64,000 nucleotides of DNA from Dehalococcoidia bacterium (GTDB lineage Bacteria; Chloroflexota; Dehalococcoidia; UBA2979), in the NCBI GenBank assembly GCA_965237865.1, contig OZ250164.1, positions 1,480,142 through 1,544,141 of the forward strand, written 5' to 3'. The position numbers and the translations under genes are program-made. Shown here piece after piece: positions 8,588-17,301 of this stretch (within the stretch, counting starts at the first letter, position 1; the number at the start of each line of letters is the position of its first letter). The notes under the pieces are model-generated. The model did not search any database. It was not told the origin of the DNA and saw nothing but the letters and a program-made list of their open reading frames with translations.

Positions 8588-9603
8588 TCCGCGAAGCGAT
8601 CACGGCGATTGCGGGGGAGGGCCGCGACCTCAGCGAGGATGAGGCCGCCGCCGTGATGGGCGAGATCATGGAGGCGGAGGCGACGCCCGCGCAGTTCGGC
8701 GCCTTCGTCGTCGCGCTGCAGCACAAGGGCGAGACCGTCGACGAGGTCGTCGGGATGGCGCGCGTGATGCGAGAGCACTCGCTCAAGGCGCACGTCAGCG
8801 CGCGCCCGCTGCTCGACACCTGCGGCACCGGCGGCTCCGGGCTCAGCACGTTCAACGTCTCGACGGCGGCCGCGATCGTCGCCGCCTCCGCCGGGGCGAA
8901 GGTCGCCAAGCACGGCAACCGCGCGATGACCTCGCAGTCCGGCTCGGCCGACCTGCTCGAGGCGCTCGGGGCGGAGATCACACTTGCGCCGGAGCAGGTG
9001 GCGAGCTGCATCGAGCGCACCGGGCTGGGCTTCCTCTTCGCGCAGGCGTTCCACCCGGCGATGAAGTTCGCGGCGCCGTTGCGGCGCGAGATCGGCGTGC
9101 GCACGGTCTTCAACATCCTCGGCCCGCTCACCAACCCCGCCTCGGCCAACAGCCACGTGCTCGGCACGCCCAGCGTCGCCATCGCGGAGCTGCTCGCCGG
9201 GGCGCTGGCGCGCCTCGGCGTACGGCACGCCCTCGTGGTCTCGAGCGACGAGGGCCTCGACGAGATCTCGGTCTCGGCGCCGACGACGCTGTTCGAGGTC
9301 CGCGGCGCGGAGGTCACGCAACGCCGCGTCACGCCGAAGGACCTCGGCGTGATGGAGCGCACGCTCGACGAGGTGCGCGGCGGGAGCGCCGAGGAGAACG
9401 CAGCGGCGCTGCGCGCCGTGCTGCGCGGCGACGGCTCGGGGGCGCTGCGCGACTTCATCGCGATCAACGCCGGCGCGGGCCTCTACGTGTGCGGCCTCGC
9501 CGCCTCCATCCAGCAGGGCGCCGAACAGGCGCTGACGGCTATCGACGAGGGCGAGGCGGCCGCACGCCTCGGCGCCTTCGTCGAAGCCACACGGCGCAGT
9601 TGA
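8584..9603 (+). CDS. trpD: Anthranilate phosphoribosyltransferase
   Basis: 339 aa. Motifs 'DTCGTGGSG' and 'KHGNRAMTSQSGSADLLEALG'. Confidence 0.93.
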   Translation: MIREAITAIAGEGRDLSEDEAAAVMGEIMEAEATPAQFGAFVVALQHKGETVDEVVGMARVMREHSLKAHVSARPLLDTCGTGGSGLSTFNVSTAAAIVAASAGAKVAKHGNRAMTSQSGSADLLEALGAEITLAPEQVASCIERTGLGFLFAQAFHPAMKFAAPLRREIGVRTVFNILGPLTNPASANSHVLGTPSVAIAELLAGALARLGVRHALVVSSDEGLDEISVSAPTTLFEVRGAEVTQRRVTPKDLGVMERTLDEVRGGSAEENAAALRAVLRGDGSGALRDFIAINAGAGLYVCGLAASIQQGAEQALTAIDEGEAAARLGAFVEATRRS

Positions 9604-9607
9604 CGCG

Positions 9608-10507
9608 ATGACGGCGGACGCCTCGGCAGGCGCGGCAACGGATGCCGCTGGCCCGCGCGAGACGGGCACCGTGCTGGATCGCATCGTCGCCGACCGGCGA
9701 CTGCGGCTGGCCGAGGACCAGCGCGCGGCGCCTCCCGACGTGATCGAAGGCCTCGCCGCCTCGCGCCCGACGCCGATCGACTTCGCCGCTCGCCTCGTCG
9801 AGGGCCGAGCGGCCGCACCCGAAGGCGCGCGGCTGCGGTTGATCGCCGAGATCAAGCGCGCCTCGCCCTCCCGCGGCGTGATCGACGCCGGGCTCGACGC
9901 CGCCTCGCAGGCCCGCGCGTACGCCGCCGCGGGCGCCTCCGCCGTCTCCGTGCTGACCGAGCCGACGTTCTTCCAGGGCAGCATCGAGGACCTCGCGGCG
10001 GCCGCGGAGGCGTTCGGCAGCGACGCGGACCGGCCGGCGCTGCTGCGCAAGGACTTCGTGTTCGACGCCTACCAGGTCATCGAGGCGCGCGCGCACGGCG
10101 CGGACGCGCTGCTGCTGATCGCGATGATGCTGCCGCCCCGCACGCTCGCCTCGCTGCTCGCGCTCACGCACGCGCAGGGCATGGAGGCGCTGGTCGAGGT
10201 CCACGACGCCGAGGAGCTCGCGGCCGCCCTCGACGCCGGAGCGCGCGTGATCGGCGTCAACAACCGCGATCTGCGGACCTTCGACGAGGACCTCGCGACC
10301 TTCGAGCGGCTCGCGCCGCTCGCGCCGGACGGCGTCGCGCTCGTCGCCGAGTCGGCGATCCACACCGCCGGGGACGCGGCGCGGATGGCCGACGCCGGGG
10401 CGCACGCGCTGCTCGTCGGCGAGGCGCTCGTGCGCTCGGGCGACATCGCCTCGAAGGCGCGGGAATTGATGCTCGCGCCAGTGCGTCGCGGGGTGGCCGG
10501 CTCGTGA
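9608..10507 (+). CDS. trpC: Indole-3-glycerol phosphate synthase
   Basis: 299 aa. 'IAEIKRASPSRG' and 'LLRKDFVFDAYQVIEARAHGADALLLI' are IGPS signatures. Confidence 0.9.
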   Translation: MTADASAGAATDAAGPRETGTVLDRIVADRRLRLAEDQRAAPPDVIEGLAASRPTPIDFAARLVEGRAAAPEGARLRLIAEIKRASPSRGVIDAGLDAASQARAYAAAGASAVSVLTEPTFFQGSIEDLAAAAEAFGSDADRPALLRKDFVFDAYQVIEARAHGADALLLIAMMLPPRTLASLLALTHAQGMEALVEVHDAEELAAALDAGARVIGVNNRDLRTFDEDLATFERLAPLAPDGVALVAESAIHTAGDAARMADAGAHALLVGEALVRSGDIASKARELMLAPVRRGVAGS

Positions 10508-11250
10508 CGCTCGTCAAGATCTGCGGCAACCGCACGCCTGCCGACGTGCTCTCCGCGGCCGAGGCCGGCGCCGATTTCGTGGGGATATGCTTCGCGGAAT
10601 CGAGTCGCCAGGTTGGCGTCGCCGAGGCACAGGCGATGGTCCGCGCCCTCGGCGAGCCGCTTGCCGCGCACGAGATCGCGCTGCCGCCCCCCGCCTGGGG
10701 CCACGCGCGCGAGCACGAGCGCGAGTGGTTCCGCCACGGCGCGGAGGTGATCGAGGCCTACCTCGAGGCGAAGCGGCCGCTCACCGTCGGCCTCTTCGCC
10801 GACCAGCCGATCGAGGAGGTCAACGAGATCGCGCTGGAGACAGAGCTGGACCTGGTCCAGCTCTCCGGCGACGAGACCTGGGAGGACTGCCTGCTCGTCG
10901 CGCGGCAGGTGATCCAGGTCGTGCACGTCTCCCCGCTCGACTCGCCCTCGGACCCGCTCAGGTTCGTCGAGCCGGGCTTTGCGATCGCGCTGATGCTCGA
11001 CTCCGCGCACGGGCCGTACCGCGGCGGATCGGGGCGCGCGTTCGACTGGGAGGTGGCCCGTATCGTCTCCGCCGAGCTGCCGATGATGCTCGCCGGCGGC
11101 CTCACCCCGGAGAACGTCGGCGAGGCGATCGCCCGCGTCGCCCCGTGGGCCGTCGATGTCTCGAGCGGCACGGAGACTGACGGGCGCAAGGACCCCGCCC
11201 GCGTGCGCGACTTCATAGACGCAGTGCGCCGCCAGGACGCCGCTGCCTGA
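10504..11250 (+). CDS. trpF: Phosphoribosylanthranilate isomerase
   Basis: 248 aa. GTG start overlaps the trpC stop. 'VKICGNRTPADV' and 'MLAGGLTPENV' are PRAI motifs. It is about 35 aa longer than typical TrpF. Confidence 0.85.
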   Translation: MTLVKICGNRTPADVLSAAEAGADFVGICFAESSRQVGVAEAQAMVRALGEPLAAHEIALPPPAWGHAREHEREWFRHGAEVIEAYLEAKRPLTVGLFADQPIEEVNEIALETELDLVQLSGDETWEDCLLVARQVIQVVHVSPLDSPSDPLRFVEPGFAIALMLDSAHGPYRGGSGRAFDWEVARIVSAELPMMLAGGLTPENVGEAIARVAPWAVDVSSGTETDGRKDPARVRDFIDAVRRQDAAA

Positions 11251-11355
11251 CGCCAGGGTCCGTCGGGCGACGGCGCTCGGCGGACTGTGCCGAGTCCCTC
11301 CAGACGTTGCTGACAGCCTCTCGGCGGGTGGTAGCAGAGGAGCCGCCCCTCACCT

Positions 11356-11437
11356 CGGTATTGTCGTTGTGTCACAACGCTTCCCGACCGAGGGAGTCTG
11401 CCGCCCTGAGGATGGCGACACTGTGTCACAAGGTCGC
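11356..11437. promoter_or_regulatory. Two copies of an inverted-repeat operator-like motif TTGTG-T-CACAA, 64 bp apart, upstream of the STAS gene
   Basis: 'GTTGTGTCACAACG' at ~11359 and 'CACTGTGTCACAAGG' at ~11423. Each has a TGTG-N-CACA dyad. They lie in a 400-bp non-coding gap between trpF and the signalling module. Confidence 0.35.
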
Positions 11438-11657
11438 GGCTGTGCCTGGTGACCCGTCTGTCCGAGCGAGGCGATCCGCGAGTGCTACCGCGCGAGACGA
11501 ACACGAGGGGCGATCGGGCTCCCGGCGGCCTCAGGCGCTCCGAGGCCACACCAGTCAACCCGCACACATGCGCGGGCTGCAGTGGCTCACGTATACTCCG
11601 ACGGGGCTTGTACTGCCCCAGCCATCGATCACGAGGACGGGTTCAGGAGACGAACTT

Positions 11658-11996
11658 ATGGAAATCAACGCGGAGCGCGACGGCTCGACCGTCGTCGCCA
11701 AGCCGATGGGGCGCCTCGACGGCTCCAACGCGAGCGACTTCCAGGAAGCCCTTGAGGGGGCGATCGAGGAGAGCGATCGCGGCCTCGTCCTTGACTTCGA
11801 GGACATCTCCTACATCAGCAGCGCGGGACTCCGCGTCATCCTGCTCACGGCCCGGACCCTCCAGGGCAACGGCGGCTCAATGGCCCTCTGCTCCCTCGAC
11901 GCCCCGATCCGCGAGGTCTTCGCGATCAGTGGCTTCGACACCATCATCCCGATTCACGGTAACCGCGACGAGGCACTGGCTGCCGTCAGCGCGTAG
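11658..11996 (+). CDS. STAS-domain anti-sigma-factor antagonist (SpoIIAA/RsbV-like), 112 aa
   Basis: ATG lies 7 nt after 'AGGAGA'. 'DFEDISYISSAGLRVILL' carries the conserved phosphorylatable Ser. The longer ORF 11307..11996 in the track is rejected. Confidence 0.75.
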   Translation: MEINAERDGSTVVAKPMGRLDGSNASDFQEALEGAIEESDRGLVLDFEDISYISSAGLRVILLTARTLQGNGGSMALCSLDAPIREVFAISGFDTIIPIHGNRDEALAAVSA

Positions 11997-12050
11997 CCAG
12001 GGTCGCCCAGCCCGAACGAGAGACGCGCACCCCCTCCCCGAGACGACGCG

Positions 12051-13202
12051 ATGACCCACAAGATCCTGGTTGTTGACGACGAGCCTGACCTCGAACCCCT
12101 CATGCTCCAGCGCATGCGCCGCGACATCAGGCAGGGCGTCTACGAGTTCGTCTTCGCCCGGAACGGCGTGGAGGCGCTGCAGAAGCTCAACGAGGACGAC
12201 GGAATCGACATGGTCCTCTCCGACATCAACATGCCCGAGATGGACGGTCTCACCCTGCTGCAGCAGATTCCCTCGGTAAATCCGGACATCCGTGCCGTAA
12301 TCATCTCCGCCTACGGCGACATGCAGAACATCCGGACGGCCATGAACCGCGGCGCGTTCGACTTCGTGACCAAGCCGCTGGACTTCGACGACCTGCGGAT
12401 CACCGTCGACCGCACGCTCCAGCATGTCGAGGAGTGGCGCGAGGCGCTGCAGAGCCGCGACAGGCTGGTGACGCTACAGAACGAGCTGGATGTCGCCAGC
12501 AAGATGCAGCAGTCGATCCTCCCGACCGTCTTTCCCAGCGGCGAGAGCTACGAGACCTTCGGAACGATGCAGCCGGCCCGGAACGTGGGGGGTGACTTCT
12601 TCGACATCGTCCGCCTGCAGCACGATCAGATCGGCCTCGCCATCGCGGATGTGTCCGGCAAGGGCGTGCCCGCCGCCCTGTTCATGATGTCCAGCCGCAC
12701 CCTGCTCAAGGGCGCGGCGATCAGTTTCGAGGAACCCGGCCCCGTGCTGTCGGAGGTCAACAACCTGCTTCAGGAAGATGACACGGCGGGCATGTTCGTC
12801 ACCATGCTCTACGCCACCTACAGTCCCGCGACCGGGAACTTCACCTATGCCAGCGGCGGGCACGACGCCCCGCTCGTGATCCACGCCGACGGCAGCTCCA
12901 CGCTGCTGCCCCTGACCGGCGGTCTCGCCCTGGGCGTGGTGCCGGGTATCGAATACCGGCAGGAGAGCTACACGCTCGCCCCCGGCGACACCGTCGTCCT
13001 CTACACCGACGGCGTGACCGAGGCCACCAACATCGACGACGAACTGCTGGGAGTCGAAGGCATGCGCGAGTACTTCGGGCCCGAGCACCTGGCCGAAGAC
13101 GCGGAAACGACCGGTATCGAAATCATGAGGATGGTCAACGACTTCACCGGCGACGCACCCCAGCACGATGACGTCACCTGCCTGATCCTGCGACAGGAGT
13201 GA
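12051..13202 (+). CDS. Response-regulator receiver domain fused to a PP2C/SpoIIE-type Ser/Thr phosphatase (RsbU/RsbP-like)
   Basis: REC domain 'KILVVDDEPD..MVLSDINMPEMDG'. C-terminal PP2C motifs 'GGDFFDI', 'IADVSGKGVPAALFM', 'LYTDGVTEA' and 'DDVTCLIL'. Confidence 0.85.
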   Translation: MTHKILVVDDEPDLEPLMLQRMRRDIRQGVYEFVFARNGVEALQKLNEDDGIDMVLSDINMPEMDGLTLLQQIPSVNPDIRAVIISAYGDMQNIRTAMNRGAFDFVTKPLDFDDLRITVDRTLQHVEEWREALQSRDRLVTLQNELDVASKMQQSILPTVFPSGESYETFGTMQPARNVGGDFFDIVRLQHDQIGLAIADVSGKGVPAALFMMSSRTLLKGAAISFEEPGPVLSEVNNLLQEDDTAGMFVTMLYATYSPATGNFTYASGGHDAPLVIHADGSSTLLPLTGGLALGVVPGIEYRQESYTLAPGDTVVLYTDGVTEATNIDDELLGVEGMREYFGPEHLAEDAETTGIEIMRMVNDFTGDAPQHDDVTCLILRQE

Positions 13203-13206
13203 CGAG

Positions 13207-13626
13207 TTGAGCGCGGCACTCTCATTGACCGTTAAGACCGCCCACCACGAGCTGGAGCGGATTGTTGCCGCCATCGAGAACCTGGCGGAAGAGGACGACT
13301 GGCCGCCCGACCTGCTCTTCCGCGTGAATCTGGTGCTCGAGGAGCTGGGCCTGAACATCGTGGACTACGGGCACGATGACGAGACCCACGATTTCGAGAT
13401 CTCCCTGACATCCGAAGGAGACTCGGTGACGATCGAGATCGTCGACGGCGGACGGCCCTTCGATCCCCTGTCCGACGCTCCCGCTCCCGATCTGACGTCG
13501 GGGATCGCGGACAGGCGCATCGGGGGCCTCGGCGTCCACTTCGTGCGCACGCTGATGGACGACGTGCAGTACGAACGCTCCGCAGGCAAGAACCGGTTGA
13601 AGATGGTGACCCGCAAGGTCAGATGA
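13207..13626 (+). CDS. Anti-sigma regulatory factor-type Ser/Thr kinase (RsbW/SpoIIAB-like HATPase), 139 aa
   Basis: TTG start. 'RVNLVLEELGLNIVDYG' and 'IGGLGVHFVRTLMDDVQY' (G-box) are GHKL-kinase motifs. No sigma-factor gene is adjacent. Confidence 0.7.
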   Translation: MSAALSLTVKTAHHELERIVAAIENLAEEDDWPPDLLFRVNLVLEELGLNIVDYGHDDETHDFEISLTSEGDSVTIEIVDGGRPFDPLSDAPAPDLTSGIADRRIGGLGVHFVRTLMDDVQYERSAGKNRLKMVTRKVR

Positions 13627-14894
13627 GGCGGCAGCGCCCCGTGCGAGTTGTCGGGCTGACAGCGGTCTGTCTGGTGCTTGCGGCGTCTCTCCTCGCGGGC
13701 TGCGGCCTCGGCGGCGGCGGATCGGACGGCGTCGAACCCGTCGATGGCGCCCCGACGCCGACCGCGACCGTTGAGGCCGGGACACCCGGCGTATCCGAAG
13801 ACCGGATCCTGTTCGGCCAGTCCGCAGCCTTCAATGGGCCCGCGCAGGAACTCGGCAAGAACATGCGGATTGGCATCAACGCCGCGTTTGCCGAGACCAA
13901 CCTGGCCGGGGGCGTCCATGGCCGGCTGCTGGAGCTCTTCTCCCTCGACGACTCTTACGAGCCGGAAGCCGCGATCGCCAATACCCGGCGCCTGATCGAG
14001 GAGGAGGGTGTGTTCGCGCTGATCGGCGCGGTCGGCACTCCCACCTCCCGCTCCGCCACCCCCATCGCCGCGGACGCAGGTGTCCCCTACATCGCGCCGT
14101 TCACCGGCGCTGCGTTCCTGCGCGACCCGGAGTGGGACAACATCATCAACCTGCGCGCCTCCTACGCCCAGGAGACCGAGGAGATGGTGGCCCGGCTCAT
14201 AGGCGACCTGGGCATCGAGCGCATCGGCATCATGTACCAGGACGACTCCTACGGCCGCGCCGGCTACAGCGGCGCGCTCGCTGCGCTGCAGCGCCGGGGG
14301 CGCGAGCCCGTGGCCATCGGCCTGTATCCCCGCAATACGACCGCCGTCAAGACGGCACTCCTCGACCTGCGCGAGGGCGCCCCCGAAGCGGTCATCATGA
14401 TCGGCGCCTACGAGCCGATGGCAGCGCTGATCAAGTGGGGCCGAGCCACCGGGTTCAACCCGGTGTTCCTGAACGTCTCGTTCGTCGGCAGCAACGCGCT
14501 GGCCCAGGAACTGGGCACTGACGGCGCGGGCGTCGTCGTGACCCAGGTCGTTCCCTTCCCGGACGACGACTCACTCCCGCTGATCGCCGCCTACAAGCGC
14601 GCCCTGGCCGTCTACGCGCCAGACGCCGTCCCCGGTTTTGTCTCCCTCGAGGGCTACCTCGCCGGCCGGCTCGCCATCGCGGGGCTCGATAGCTGCGGCC
14701 CCGCGGTCGACCGTGCCTGTTTCGTGAACGCCCTCCTCGGGGCGGACGCCATCGACATCGATGGCTTCGAACTCAGCTTCGGCGAGAACGACAACCAGGG
14801 CTCGGACTCCGTGTTCATCACGGTGATCGGCTCAGACGGCCTCTATCATCCGATTGAGACGCTGCAGGACTTGGAGTCATGGTCGACAAACTGA
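13623..14894 (+). CDS. Periplasmic solute-binding lipoprotein, type-1 PBP (LivK/amino-acid-binding-like); orphan, no permease or ATPase genes adjacent
   Basis: Lipobox 'LLAGCG'. The venus-flytrap PBP fold is inferred from length and composition. The gene overlaps both the kinase upstream and the sensor kinase downstream. Confidence 0.7.
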   Translation: MRRQRPVRVVGLTAVCLVLAASLLAGCGLGGGGSDGVEPVDGAPTPTATVEAGTPGVSEDRILFGQSAAFNGPAQELGKNMRIGINAAFAETNLAGGVHGRLLELFSLDDSYEPEAAIANTRRLIEEEGVFALIGAVGTPTSRSATPIAADAGVPYIAPFTGAAFLRDPEWDNIINLRASYAQETEEMVARLIGDLGIERIGIMYQDDSYGRAGYSGALAALQRRGREPVAIGLYPRNTTAVKTALLDLREGAPEAVIMIGAYEPMAALIKWGRATGFNPVFLNVSFVGSNALAQELGTDGAGVVVTQVVPFPDDDSLPLIAAYKRALAVYAPDAVPGFVSLEGYLAGRLAIAGLDSCGPAVDRACFVNALLGADAIDIDGFELSFGENDNQGSDSVFITVIGSDGLYHPIETLQDLESWSTN

Positions 14895-17065
14895 AGCGCC
14901 TGCTCGAGAGCCGCTTCCGGATCTCCACCCAGTTGTACCTGGCCATGGGTGGCGCGGTCCTCCTCACGCTGGCCGCCAGTCTGGTCGCCTGGTTCTCCTT
15001 CAATCAGGTCGGGGAGGTCCAGAGCAACGTCAATGAAGGCAGCGTGCCTGAACTGGCCGCCGCGTTCGGCGTCGCCCAGTACAGCGGCATCCTGGTAGCA
15101 GCGGCTCCCAACCTTACCGTCGCCGCCACGCCGGAGGAGTTCGACCAGGTCGTCCTGAGCATCGATCAGGCGTACGCCTCGTTCGAGGAGCAGATGGCCG
15201 CGCTCGAGGAGGGCGACAGCGAGCGCGAGCGCGTGGTCCGCATCCGCGGCTACGCCGACACGCTCATCTCCAATATCGAAGCGCTTGAGAGCGAGACCTC
15301 CGGAGTGTTCGAGCTGATCGTCCGCCGGGAGGCGCTGCAACTGGAGCTCACGGAAGTGCGCGCCCAGCTGGACGATGCGCTTGCGCCTGCCATCGACGAT
15401 CAGCTGTTCTTCACACTGACCGGCTACCGGGATCTCTCGGCGCCCCCAGCCCCGCGCTCGGAGCACCTCTCCGAGGACCAGTTCGTGCGCTACCGGCGCC
15501 TCGCCGAGTTGCAGGCGGACGTGAACATCGCGACCGAACTCCTCGCGAACGCATTCACCCTTTCGGACGCATCCCTGATCGAGCCGCTCAGGGAACGCTT
15601 CGAATCCACGGTTAGCCGTATCGACCGGAATCTGGCGGCGCTGGCGGGGTCTCCCTTCCACGACGAAGCGGCGCCAACCTTCACCCGGCTGTTCGCGCTT
15701 GGCTCGGGCGAGACAAGCGTGTTCGATCTGTTCGCCAGCGAACTCAGAATCGTGGGACGCCAGGCGGAGTTGCTTGACCTCAATCGCGACCTCTCGGTCG
15801 AGGTGATCGCGGAGGTGGACGGCCTGGTGAGCGCCGCCCAGGCGAGCGCCGGGGACGCCACCGAGGCATCCACGCAGGCGATCTTCACGGGCCGGGTGCT
15901 GCTGCTCGCCATCAACGTGATCAGCATCACGGGCGCGCTGCTGATCACGTGGCTGTTCATCGGCCGGGTGCTGCTGCGGCGCATCGGGATGCTGTCGGAG
16001 TGGATGCGCGGCATGGCCCAGGGAGACCTGGAGACCCGCGCCGAAATTGGCGGGCGGGACGAGGTCGCGGAGATGGCCGCCGCCCTCGACGTGTTCCGGC
16101 GTCACGCCCTGGAAGTGCAGCGCCTGAACCTCGTCGAGGAGCTCGCGGAGGAACTCCAGGGCAAGAACGACGAACTCGAGTACGTGCTGGCCCAGCTGCA
16201 GCAGGCGCAGGACCAGATCGTCATGCGGGAGAAGCTGGCGGCGCTCGGTGAACTCACGGCAGGCATCGCCCACGAGATCCGCAACCCGCTGAACTTCGTG
16301 AAGAACTTCGCCGAGGCCTCGGGCGAACTGGTGGACGAACTGAAGGAGATCCTGGAAGAGGAAGGCGTCGAACTGACGGACGAGCAGCGCGATATGGTCG
16401 AGGAGATCACCGGCGACCTGACCAGCAACGTCGAACGCATCCGCTCACACGGCGAGCGCGCGAACCGCATCGTGCAGGACATGCTGAGTATGGGCCGGGG
16501 CTCGCAGGAGTGGCAGACCGTCGAAGTCAACGCGCTGGTGGAGCAGCATGCCATGCTGGCCTACCACAGCGCACGGGCGACGAACCCCGACTTCCAGCTG
16601 GACATCCAGCGCGACTTCGATCCCGAAGCGGGGGATCTCGAGGTCATCCCCCAGGATCTGGGACGCGTCTTCCTCAACATGGTGGGCAACGCCTGTCACG
16701 CGACGCACGAACGGCGCATGTCGGCAGCGGAGACCGGGCTCACGAGCAGGGAGTACATGCCGACGCTGACGCTGGGCACGCGCCGCGAGGGCGATCAGAT
16801 CGAGGTCCGCATCCGCGACAACGGCTCCGGCATCCCGCCGGACATCATCGAGAAGATCTTCAATCCCTTCTTCACGACCAAGCCGACAGATCAGGGCACG
16901 GGACTCGGGCTGGCGATCTCCAGCGACATCGTGCGTCGCCACGGCGGGCACATACGCGTCGAATCGGAGCCGGGCGAATTCACCGAAATGACCGTCGAGT
17001 TGCCGCTGGAGCGGCCGCCCGAGGCGAACCCGGCAGCGCTGGCGGCCCATCCCGGGTTCGAATAG
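14879..17065 (+). CDS. Sensor histidine kinase: two TM helices, ~300-aa periplasmic domain, HAMP, HisKA, HATPase_c
   Basis: TM1 'LYLAMGGAVLLTLAASLVAWF'. TM2 'LLLAINVISITGALLITWLFIG'. H-box 'GIAHEIRNPLNF'. N/G-boxes 'MVGNACHAT' and 'GTGLGLAIS'. Confidence 0.88.
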   Translation: MVDKLKRLLESRFRISTQLYLAMGGAVLLTLAASLVAWFSFNQVGEVQSNVNEGSVPELAAAFGVAQYSGILVAAAPNLTVAATPEEFDQVVLSIDQAYASFEEQMAALEEGDSERERVVRIRGYADTLISNIEALESETSGVFELIVRREALQLELTEVRAQLDDALAPAIDDQLFFTLTGYRDLSAPPAPRSEHLSEDQFVRYRRLAELQADVNIATELLANAFTLSDASLIEPLRERFESTVSRIDRNLAALAGSPFHDEAAPTFTRLFALGSGETSVFDLFASELRIVGRQAELLDLNRDLSVEVIAEVDGLVSAAQASAGDATEASTQAIFTGRVLLLAINVISITGALLITWLFIGRVLLRRIGMLSEWMRGMAQGDLETRAEIGGRDEVAEMAAALDVFRRHALEVQRLNLVEELAEELQGKNDELEYVLAQLQQAQDQIVMREKLAALGELTAGIAHEIRNPLNFVKNFAEASGELVDELKEILEEEGVELTDEQRDMVEEITGDLTSNVERIRSHGERANRIVQDMLSMGRGSQEWQTVEVNALVEQHAMLAYHSARATNPDFQLDIQRDFDPEAGDLEVIPQDLGRVFLNMVGNACHATHERRMSAAETGLTSREYMPTLTLGTRREGDQIEVRIRDNGSGIPPDIIEKIFNPFFTTKPTDQGTGLGLAISSDIVRRHGGHIRVESEPGEFTEMTVELPLERPPEANPAALAAHPGFE

Positions 17066-17301
17066 CCCTCGCCTGCTACAACCGGCGCGACGCGCGGCGG
17101 GGTTGTGGCACAGTGCCGCGCGCCACTTCCTGCGTGGTGCGTTCGCCGCGTGCGCGCAACGCCGCTCGCCGCAGCCGCTGAGACACGTCGGCGCTATCAT
17201 CGACAGACACCGCGCGCGAGGCGAAGAGGGTGCCACGTGGGAGCGCTCCAGACAGTGATCGAAGCGGCGGCCCTCGCCGGCCTGCGGTCGCAGGCAGCCG
17301 C

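Noticed and set aside
8416-10050. 544-aa minus-strand ORF antisense to trpD and trpC
   Set aside because: It is antisense to two well-supported trp genes. Low-complexity translation.
11307-11996. Long form (229 aa) of the STAS protein ORF
   Set aside because: The upstream 117 codons have no SD, are Arg/Ser-rich, and precede a good SD+ATG at 11658. The STAS domain begins at that ATG.
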